From assembly GCA_030248215.1 (NCBI GenBank), contig JASANG010001402.1:1-64000 (forward strand): DNA of 64,000 nucleotides, given 5' to 3'. The position numbers were made by a program, and so were the translations under genes. This DNA is from Enoplolaimus lenunculus. Lineage: Eukaryota. The notes beneath the pieces are model-generated. The model was not told where the DNA came from and did no database searches. It was given only the letters and a program-made list of their open reading frames with translations. Positions within the stretch are counted from its first letter, which is position 1, and the number at the start of each line of letters is the position of its first letter. Positions 39,781 through 50,507 of the stretch are shown one piece after another.

Positions 39781-40019
39781 ACTGCAGAGTTGGCTATCGG
39801 CAAAAATCAGAGGAAAAACATTTTTTCCCGTTTTTCCGAACAGGTGGCCAAAACGATAAAAAGTTTTATAAAAAATGTGTGAATCTTAAAAAGCAATTTG
39901 CCGTAACAGCGACAAAACGTGGCAGAAAACTGTAGGTAAACAATTGTATTTTTTCACGCCTCTTAATGTTTGGAACGAGTTTCGCATGCGCCAGGAGCAC
40001 TGATTTACTAGCCTTTGTA

Positions 40020-40207
40020 CACTGCAAAAAATGGTGAGTCAAATTGATTCTCTCCGAAATAGGCTTTTCCGGACTACACAAACGGAGTCAAATTCGACTC
40101 CGCTAGATTCAAACGTGCGACTCAGCGAGTCGAATCTTGTCTTAGTTTGTGTAGTCCCAATAAGCCTATATCGGAGAGAGTCAATTTAACTCACCATTTT
40201 TGCAGTG
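40020..40207. mobile_element. Almost fully palindromic CACTG-terminal MITE
   Basis: CACTGCAAAAAATGGTGAG...CTCACCATTTTTGCAGTG, with ~85-bp inverted arms and TA on both flanks. Confidence 0.78.
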
Positions 40208-41446
40208 TAATATGTGCATACAGTATACAGGTTTGATTTGGCTGCCTGGGCTGAGTGTAAAACCGTGATGGAGCTGAATTGGAAACAGACATAAAGTTCT
40301 ATAGCTTTAAACTGAGGCCAAATTTACTCCCATATCTTTACTGAATAATACTTCTTTGGTTACATTAAAACGATTGCCAAATATGGTAATCTTCAATGAA
40401 ATATGTACTGTAGATAGTAAGAACGATATGCACGCGTGTAGTGGAAAGTGTACCGACCTTTCCAGTGGGGACGCCGCATCGCAATTCACACACCCATCCT
40501 CCCCAGCGTTCAGTATTCTTCAAAGATAGTAGTACGCGAAAAAACCCAGCTTTGTAACATAGCAACTTTTGCAAAAATATTCCGAATATTTTTTTACATC
40601 TTTGATGCTAAAGCATTAATATGCAATACGCTCAAAGTACCAAACTGTTCAATATAACTTGACAGCGCTAACATTTTACTAAGCTTTCCAGATAAAAACT
40701 GAAATACATAAGTATAAACAAAATAGCAATAACACAAAACCTAACAACATATAAAAGTATTAAAATATAGCTTAACCATACAAAGTGGTCATACTTACAA
40801 CATCGTTATGGCGTGAATTTAAACCTATGGGACGTGGTCAACCGTGATATAACTATTATTTCACCGAAAACTCTACATACAGCCAATGTTACTGTTAAGG
40901 GTGTAACAGTAGATAAAGCGTATTCCTATAGCCTTAGCCTAAGCGTTTCAAAAGTGTGTTCCTAAGCATAAGTCTAAGCCTAAGCAAAAAATATAATCTA
41001 GAATCTAAATCTACTCCTTTACAGATCCACCCGAATGCTGCCCGCTCCTAAAAGTAACATGGGCCCAATGAACATTGACGAAGAGAAAAGGGTACAATTT
41101 CGAACAGTAAGACAATGATACAACACATTTGTGCAGTTGGGCAAAGTTAACTTTTAATGTGGACATCAAAGCACAATTGTAAGAATAATTACCAATATTA
41201 ATACATTTGAACCCCTAAATTTTCAACCGTCTATAGCACTTAATCACCTATCTGGTGATACTTTTTGTAAGAAATTGAACTGATGAATGGTAAACATTGA
41301 TTTTATTGATACTACTTTTTAAACGCGATCCTTGTAAGCAAATATTTAGATTTCAAGTTACAGCTATTGTCTCATTTGAAAACCCAATACTAGCAATTGG
41401 TGCTACACACTGTTGAAAATAATATGGCTCGTGATATAAACGAACC

Positions 41447-44400
41447 TTAATACGGTTTAAACTTTCGAGTAGCACGCATCACAGCAATTTTCTTTTTGTC
41501 ATCTTCGAATTTTCGACGCAATTCTTTAAGTTCTAAAACTGACATGTGGCAAAGATTATGTAATATTTACGTTAGCGTTAAAACCACATTAGTACACAAT
41601 GTAACCTTACCAAATGATAGATCCACAAGCAATCCTTGCTGTCTCGAATAGGGTAAAACATACAAAAAGATACAGTTTACCCCATAATTCACTAAGCGCT
41701 TTCTAGACACCAACTCGACAAATTTCTAAGATTAAACCCTACTTCACCTGGTTTGATATTTCTTCAAAACTGAAAGATAAAAACGAACTTGTGGTACCTA
41801 TACTTGATAAAAATAGTTTTGCACCGGTTCTAAACTCCGAAATAATAAAATCAAGCAAAAATGTGCAAAAAAATCCAAACTTTTACTTTTGATTTCTTGA
41901 GAATTTTCTAAAGTTTCCTGGCCTATTCGAGATTGGACTAGCGAAATGACATATTAAGTGTCTGACTTAGTATTCTTTACGAATGCTCATACACCAATAG
42001 TACCACATTAAATCGGTCAAAAAGATCAGAAAAAACTTACCCTTCATTTTTGATTCTTTAACTTGAAACTTATAGAAATGCATATCGCTCTGCAAGAATA
42101 AAAATTCATTCACAATGCTAAAATTAATTTGTATGATATATGCATTTTTTATAGCGAAACATTGGCTGGGTTTCTAAAATTTCACTAAATTTTACTCATT
42201 TTTCCTTAATTGCTAATACTTGAGTTACTAACTTAAGTGAACTTAATAGCTTTTTGAACAAAAGCAAAAAAACTGTACACTGTGAGTTAGAGCAATAACG
42301 AGGTTCCATAATTAGCAAGGAAACCATTATGTCACTACTGTTATTCTGCAATTCATTAAATTTGGCGAGTGACCTGAGTATTCGCTTAGCTGAAGTACGC
42401 TTTTAGCAACGATTCAGCAAGTACGAAACCGTACCTAAGTAGAGATTTAGAAACCAGCCAGTGTAGACACACACCACTGAAACAAACAATATCCTCAAAC
42501 GAGAGTACTCCATAAATAATCGTTCACACACATATCATTATAAGACCATACTAACCTGTGCCTTCTTTTCCTTGCGTTTCCGTAGCTTTTCATTTCTTAC
42601 TGGCTCCGTAGTCCGCAATGCTCCTGGACGTCTGCCGCCGCGTGTTACCGTAATCCATCCGTCTTCATCGGGCACGCCTTGTTTCGCCTTCTCGACTTCT
42701 TGTTTCTATAACAAACTGTTATATAGCACTATCTCCTATAATATTGTTTAAAAAGCCAATAGTTTCTTTATAGTCATTAATATATTAATAATTTGGGCGG
42801 GTTTTATCATCTTAATACCAACGTTACAAAGCCAAGAACAGCACTATTTTCATCATTTTGAAGACTTATTTAAATATTACCTATAATAAAAAGTACTTTG
42901 TCAATTACAGCTAAATATGTACCAAAATTTTCAACTCGGTACGTATTATTACCTTTGCTTCTTTTTCATCAAAAACAGATATATAATCTTCGATTTCTTG
43001 CATCATTTCAGCTTCATCAACGAAATTGTTCTGATATTCTTTGGCATATTCTGAAAATTTACGTAGCTTCAAGTTACATATATCGCATTATGTTCGCAAT
43101 AATTGAGTTGTAATGCGGAAATACATTTAGACAGTGACATTTTTCTCATTGTAAGCTATGTAACGTAAGCAATAAATACGATAACATCACAACCTGTGTA
43201 TATTAAACCCGTCCCACCAAAAGAGTTCATGTATATTACTTCTTTAAATCATATTCCATTAGTAATTAAATCCAGATTATTATTTATACTAAACCAAAAA
43301 ATTCTAACTGCGCAACGGTTCAAATTTCGGCCCATGTAAAGATCAGGGACGGAATGTTTTTCTGTGAGACTAGAAAAGAGTAAGCTTAAGCCACTTACTT
43401 TTATACCCCAGTCGTGGCATCATCTGCTTTTCTGGCCATAAAACAATAGGTTCGCTGAAACTCACCAACAGAGCATCTCGCAGCGCCTCTGGTTTTTGGA
43501 AAACAATGAATGCAGAATAATAACCCTAAAAATAAAAGCAAATACAATGGAACATTTTTCGTTAGATTTCCACAACTTCCAAATTTGACCATTTTTAGCT
43601 TTGTTTACTAAGACTGTATTTTCAAAGCATCTACCACTGAAATCATCAGATTCCCAAAAGATTCTACAACATTTTAAGAACGTCGCCAACAAATAACGTA
43701 GCTGACATTTTTACTGAATTGACTTACAGTTAACATTTTGACGCGACTTGTATTACCTGTGAGACCTTGATTTATTAGCCTCAAATAATCAGTAAATATA
43801 CCGGACTTAGGTGTTTACAATCATTGCTAACCGGTGGCTGTTGCGGCAGATCAAAAAATTTTGAAGTCGAAGGTGTAGCAACACTGCGGTACGAGACACG
43901 TCCAGGGTTGGTTTTATAGTAGAATTCTGCTATATCACCGAAACGCGAAAACAATCGCACAATTGAATCCTAAAAATAACAACAAATGAAAAAATGGAGA
44001 GTCTTATCGTTTCCCATCATTGGTCAAACCAATCAAGAGCGAAATACTTCAAAATAATACACAGCCCCACTATAAGTCATGGAAGCACACACGCGGTCCA
44101 AAACGTGCAAAAGTACTTCAACGGTATTAAAACCCTTGACTTGCATCTCCTGCACTAAAAATGAAGTGCAGCCTTGAATGTAGCTCAATGCACCCAGGTT
44201 ATCTGACAACAGGTACTCGTGGTACTGCTAGCGGGCCCGTAATCAAGGGAGGGGGCCAATGAGGTTCGGCCCCCCCGGGAAAAAATTGCCCCCCCCCCTA
44301 GAAAATTTTCAACCCTGCTTACCCCACCAGCAAGGTGAGCTGACTACCGGCTTAACCACTAAAAATAAACAAACAACGGACATACTCTATGCTTTGTACC

Positions 44401-45209
44401 ATCGTTTTCACGCTGATTTGTGATAACCAAATATACTATATTTAGCACGTTTCGCAAAAACAAGTTTCAAGCTTTAAATTTAAGATGAGCAAAACATACA
44501 CTAAACCAGTCGCTTTTTGGTATAAGAAACGTTAAAATCTAAACTCTAACACAAAACTCCAAAAACCAATTAAAAGAAACAATAAAAGTTATCCAAATTT
44601 TTCAGTTAATTTTTTCAGCCTTTAAAAATAATCAAAAATCAACTTACCTTATCAGCAAATGGTGGAATTCCAATCACTTGAAGAGTTCTTTGATACGGCC
44701 AATCAGAAATGTCACCTTTGTTGCTTTCATCGTCGTAATCGTTTATCAATCGATATTCACGGTAGTAAATGCAATGAGGTGCGGTTGACTCTGGAGTTAC
44801 GCGAAGATTCAGTACTGAAACACCGAAAATAACGGCCCATGTATAGAACAGGGCCGGAACAGTAGTACAAGGCAAATGTTCCTAAGCCTAAGCCTAAGCA
44901 AAAAATTAGTCTAAAGCTTAAACTGAATCTAATTTAGCCCCTCCGGAAAACGATCCGGCCCTGTTCTATACATGGGCCAAAATAACTATAAGTTTTAATA
45001 TCTTAGTAATTTTTCAGAACATATTTTTTATGCATAATCCCACGCGACAGGCGATAATTTGTATAAAGATAATACAAAGGCTTAAATGTTCAAAGAAAAT
45101 GTCAACTTTTGTGTCAAATTTACGTTAAATGAAATATCATTTTCTATATTTTACTGCGACAAGGAGTTGATAAAGTATTCAAAGGTTGCTTACTTTTAAA
45201 ACTGTCCAT
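41447..45209 (-). CDS. RRP7A: Ribosomal RNA-processing protein 7 homolog A, 276 aa, 8 exons
   Basis: Exons 45209-45194, 44814-44648, 43969-43832, 43525-43399, 43050-42953, 42705-42556, 42089-42041 and 41532-41447 are all in phase. Motifs: RTLQVIGIPPF, GVPDEDGWITVTRGGRR, FYKFQVKESK, LRRKFEDDKKKIAVMRATRKFKPY*. Confidence 0.94.
44834..44978 (+). mobile_element. TTAGGC-carrying GGCC-terminal MITE in RRP7A intron 1
   Basis: Perfect 25-bp TIRs GGCCCATGTATAGAACAGGGCCGGA, perfect 8-bp TSD AAAATAAC, internal CCTAAGCCTAAGCCTAAG. Confidence 0.92.
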
Positions 45210-45491
45210 AATGCAAAGCTTTTTCCGCCAAACTTTGTTTTCACGCGACAAAATATAGTAGCATAATATTATATGTCGCGTTCGTCAGATTGAAGTTGAC
45301 AAGTCAACAGTGAACGATTAGCTAACAGGGATTTACAGATACCTGATATATAACTAATTTTGCCGTAAAGATGAAAGAATTTCAACTCCGATTTTTACCG
45401 GAAATGAAATTACTAATTGTTTTGTGTAAATGAATAGTAAACATAACGCAAACAAATTCGCGTACAATACAGTACAGTGGACGGCGCCGGA

Positions 45492-45674
45492 AGCCCATGC
45501 AAAGATTTGGGGCGGAACGTTTTCCTGTGAATCAGCAATAGAGTATACGCTTAAGCTTTAGACAAACTTTTTTGCTTGGCTTAGGCTTAGGTTTAGGAAT
45601 ATGCTCATTCATACGCTTAGGTTTAGGATTATGCCAATAATTCTATTCCGCCCCTGTTCTTTAATACATTGGCC
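45492..45674 (-). mobile_element. TTAGGC-carrying MITE
   Basis: AGCCCATG...CATTGGCC termini and internal GGCTTAGGCTTAGG. Confidence 0.78.
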
Positions 45675-46281
45675 GCGCCACAGACGTCATCAAAAGTGCA
45701 GCGTCATCCTCAACATTACATGCAGGCAAACTATAATTTTTCAATAAAGATAATATGCAATTGCCTCGTTGAAAATAAAAACGAAATTCGTCAAGAATCT
45801 TAGCAATTTTGGGGCGCCAATTCGCTGTTTTCTTACAAAATTTCGGAAAGATTCGGTCATATCTGAATGCTGTCTCAATTGTATTGGCCGAAAAACGAAA
45901 CATCTTTTAAACTCTTCGTTTTACAATCATTTTAACGATCAATATCCGTTTTATTTACTTTTAGTATCCGTTTACATCCTGAATTTAGGCAATACAAATA
46001 TCCAAGACTTGCGATGAAAAAAATGAGTGGATATATACTTGATTTTAAACTTTTGGATCATCAAAACATCGGAATTTCTGGTATTTAAACAGAAACAGAT
46101 ACCACCAAGTTTTCGCCCGAAACCGGCATCTGATTACATGTTCGTACGCTTTAAACACTGTTGCCAAAACCGATTGCATATAGAATGCATAAACCATGCT
46201 CAAGCTAACCATTAAAAGGTCATTACCGCTTGACATTAAACCAAAGCGTATACATTTAGGTCAACAACTTTGTCGAAGTTT

Positions 46282-46453
46282 GGCCCATGCATGGAAAAGG
46301 GCCGGAACCATAGTATAAGCATATTCCTAAGCCTAAACCTAAGCGTATGGATGAACCTATTCCTAAGCCTAAGCAAAAAATTAGTCTAAAGCTTAAACTG
46401 ACTCTATTATAAACCTTCCATAAAACGATCCGGCCCTGTTCTATGTATGGGCC
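46282..46453 (+). mobile_element. TTAGGC-carrying MITE, with a degenerate neighbour at about 46525-46690
   Basis: GGCCCATG...TATGGGCC termini and the same internal layout as 35963-36133. Confidence 0.8.
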
Positions 46454-47464
46454 CTTGCTCTACGCAAAAGCCCAACAAACAAAATATTGTACATTGGACT
46501 TTCTCATGGAAGCAATCCAGTGGTTGCCTAATGCATAGATCAGAGCCGTATCAACACTCATATAAGCCTAAGCATAAGAATGAGCTTATACCTAAACCTA
46601 AGCAAAAAATGTAGTCAAAAGTTTAGCAAGTAAGCTTACTCTATTGCAGTCCCATAGAAAAACGCTCCGCCCTTGATGTTTACATGGCCCAGCGTTCTAA
46701 TTGAAGGTCCCACCTCCAGCACTTTAGACTAATCCCTGCATTTTACCAATAAATACACAAAATTTAGAAATTTATTTTATATCAATTTCAAACGTTAACA
46801 AACACAAATAACCCACGACATGGGGAAACATTTATTGCAACAAAAAACAGTAAATATATGATTTAGACAAACTTTATTTTTTTAGGAGCTAAACAGTTTT
46901 AAAAATATCCATTCTTAAGATCAAACGGCGGCTCCCTTCTCACACTTTCAGTTAAACCATCCTCTGAGTTTCGGATATTTACCGACATTTCAAATCGAAC
47001 AGTTTTCCAACCTTAAATAATTCATTCGTCAGCGAACGATACGGAAATTTCGACTTGAATACGCAAAAGGAACATGGACACAACATTTTTACCGTCTAAC
47101 ACACAGGTCTCATGAAAACAATGGAATGTGCACAAACTCAAAGACTGTGGAAAGCAAAATATTGCGCGTCCATAAGTTTCATGATCCTGAAAACGACAAA
47201 AATCATCTTAACCTGAATGACGAATAAATGCTAAAAAGCACAATAACGTTCAACAACATAGAGACTAACAATAGTATATACTCGGAGACTATCGCAATAC
47301 TGAATGATAACTGATATGAATACAATGTAAAACATTACATAAAGTATATATATCTGCTCAGCCTACGTACGAAAAACTTTTCAAAATGTTGACCTTCTGC
47401 ATCATACTTAATTTCAATTTTAGTTCAAAATTCGCTTTACTACCTTAGCAATTCCACAAACTAC

Positions 47465-47658
47465 GGCCAATGTAAAGAACAGGGGCGGAACAGTATTATA
47501 AATTTATTCCTCTGCCTAAGCCTAAACCTAAGCGTTATGAATGAGCATATTCCTAAGCCTAAGTGTAAGCCTAGCAAAAAATTAGTTTAAAGCTTTTAAG
47601 CTTATTCTATTCTAGTCCCATAGGAAAACGTTCCGCCCCTGACCTCTTTACATGGGCC
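47465..47658 (+). mobile_element. TTAGGC-carrying MITE, with an inverted partial neighbour at about 47803-47975
   Basis: GGCCAATGTAAAGAACAGGGGCGGAAC...GTTCCGCCCCTG...TTTACATGGGCC, perfect 8-bp TSD CAAACTAC. Confidence 0.9.
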
Positions 47659-48485
47659 CAAACTACAAACATTCAAAATAATCGCTTAGTTGAACGAAGA
47701 GTCGATGATTCCCGTAAACAAAAAGTATACAATAAACCTTGTTTTGCATGGAACTAAATCTACCAGCGCTTGTTACCTCACATTGGGATGCTACGTTCAT
47801 TGATGGGCGGAACGTTGCTCTGTTGAACTGCAATACAGTACGCTTAAATTTTAGACTAATTTTTTAGCTTGGCTTAGGCTTAGGCTTAGACTTAGGAATA
47901 TGCTCATTCTTACGTTTAAATTTAGATTTAGGAATATGCTTATAATACTGTTCCGCCCTTGTTCTTTACATTGGCCGACATGTGTAACTGCCAGCCAACA
48001 TCGAAAATACAATCGGTCCACTTTTCAGTATATGCAACCGCATTTGAATTTCAGCTTCTATGAAGATTTTGACCCCCAAAATAATAGGGGAAGCCAAAAA
48101 TGCAACGCGCGCTGAGTATATTCTTTTCTACACAAAATGCACCCAGTTGCATACTCTTGTGAAAGCGTATCATGCACTGTTGGTCAAAAACCAAGAGAAA
48201 AGAATCACATGCAACTTTGTACATTCTGCGTAGAACACAATGTAACACCGTACTTAGCACGCGTCGCGTTTTTGCCCGACTCCGTTTGAAGACGGGGTCC
48301 ATCGCATGAATTTTCAATATAAAGTGTGGTACAAACCACAAACAGTTGATCCCCGCTAAAAACAAACCGCTTCAATTAGATCAAAATTAAATGATACATT
48401 GAAAAGTAGATAAACATGCATAGCAATAGAGAGCAATTATATACCGGCAAGATATTTACAAAAATCAATAAGACCATATAAAACG

Positions 48486-49661
48486 CAGGGTGCAAACCGA
48501 AACTGAATTATATCGGAATCTGAACAGCAGAATTTATACCAGAATCAGAGAACAGCAGAATTTATACCGGAATCAGAGAACAGCAGAATTTATACCGGAA
48601 TCGGAACAGCAGAATTTATACGGGAATCAGAGAACAGCAGAGTTTATACCGGAATCGGAACAGCAGAATTTATATGGGAATCAGAGAACAGCAGAGTTTA
48701 TACCGGAATCGGAACAGCAGAATTTATACGGGAATCAGAGAACAGCAGAATTTATACCGGAATCGGAACAGCAGAATTTATACGGGAATCAGAGAACAGC
48801 AGAGTTTATACCGGAATCGGAACAGCAGAATTTATACGAGAATCAGAGAACAGCAGATTTATACCGGAATCGAAACAGCAGAATTTACACGGGAATCAGA
48901 GAACAGCAGAATTTATACCGGAATCGGAACAGCAGAATTCATACCGGAATCGGAACAGCAGAATTTATACGGGAATCAGAGAACAGCAGAATTTATACGG
49001 GAATCAGAGAACAGCAGAATTTATACCGGAATCGGAACAGCAGAATTTATACGGGAATCAGAGAACAGCAGAATTTATACGGGAATCAGAGAACAGCAGA
49101 ACTTATACGGGAATCAGAGAACAGCAGAATTTATACCGGAAACGGAACAGCAGAATTTATACGGGAATCAGAGAACAGCAGAATTTATACCGGAATCGGA
49201 ACAGCAGAATTTATACGGGAATCAGAGAACAGCAGAATTTATACCGGAATCGGAACAGCAGAATTTATACCGGAATCGGAACAGCATAATGTATACCGGA
49301 ATCGGAATAATACAGATTTTGCGACTATACAGATTATTTGTATTAACAAATATAATATTGATTTAGAGTGTCTATTGGCTGGCAAAGATTTTCAGAAATA
49401 TCGCATGAACAAATTGGCGATAGTTTTTTTGGTTCTGTAAAGCTAAACTACAATCAATTATTGCTATTTTCGAAAAAAGCCGTAGTTATTTATGTGCGTT
49501 TAGATGTTAAGATCAAGAGAATATTTATGCAACATATCACAAGTAAGATTAAAATTAATATTTCAAAATTCCGATTCCGATTGACCGTGCAATCGGAATT
49601 GAAATCGGAACTCGTTTTGAATGGGAATTCTACTCCGAATCGGAATTCCGGTTGCACCCTG
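48486..49661. mobile_element. hAT-like MITE with internally expanded tandem array
   Basis: CAGGGTGCAA...TTGCACCCTG termini with a perfect 8-bp TSD ATAAAACG. Confidence 0.9.
48512..49308 (+). repeat. 26/28-bp composite tandem repeat (54-bp higher-order unit), about 30 monomers
   Basis: CCGGAATCGGAACAGCAGAATTTATA (26 bp) mostly alternates with CGGGAATCAGAGAACAGCAGAATTTATA (28 bp). Confidence 0.95.
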
Positions 49662-50507
49662 ATAAAACGATACACAAGTATATTAAAATAAGTAAGTAGA
49701 CACCAAATTTAAATCCAATCTTACGTCCAGCTGGAAAGACAAGAGTTGAACCGTGCGTATAAAGCAATAAAAATCTAGCACATATATTCGTTCTAAAGTT
49801 TCAAGCATTAAAGATCCATCTCCCTAAGAACAAACATTGTGCCACACAGACGGGCCAATTATCTGCTGGGTCCATTTATATACGTATAAGCAACCCGTAT
49901 AAAAAGGTAGCCTGGACAGGTGAGGCTCAGACCAGCCAACTAGAAAACTTTTCGTCTCCTGAAAAAAGCGTCAACCAAGCTTGTAATTCACGGCACCTTA
50001 GCGAATACTCCTTATTATTATTATTTTGACACCCTGTCTCTCTAGCATGTCGAGCTGTCTACGAGCCTGAATGTATGCTACGAGTGGTACAGTCGTAGAG
50101 AAAAACTAAAATCATGTACTCAGACAGAGTGTTCTTCCAGTTCAATCAATGATCCAATATTTTGAATACGCACCATGAATAATATATCATAATATACTAA
50201 TATGCCCGTTATATCAAAACTAGCACAAAAACAAACACAAGGCCCCCATATATAACTCACTGTAGTACAACTTCCTGAGACAAACTTTTCACAGATTGCC
50301 CTCGTATTCTATGAAGAACAACGAACAAGCATAATTATTGCTAAACACATTATATAAAATGCAACTTTTTCTCTGCCAGCAATCACGCACACACTACAGG
50401 TCCATGCTATCAACCAATCTATCAATATTGAAGCTAACAAATCGATGTTCCATCGCAGAAAAATCTAAACACTATCGCGTTGAAACGATATGACATCTTA
50501 AATATCG

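Noticed and set aside
31043..47975. TTAGGC runs as a true telomere or chromosome-fusion scar
   Set aside because: Runs are only 2-3 units long, occur in both orientations, and lie within copies or fragments of the TIR-bounded element.
46860..48365. Possible minus-strand exons or ORFs between RRP7A and the PHD-bromo gene
   Set aside because: There is an acceptor-like site near 47187 and a 104-aa ORF, but no recognisable protein similarity or consistent exon chain. It may be UTR or intergenic.
48490..49440. 316-aa and 230-aa repetitive ORFs; also a superficially CRISPR-like periodicity
   Set aside because: They are read-through of a stop-free tandem repeat inside a MITE. There are no unique spacers, no cas genes, and the context is eukaryotic.
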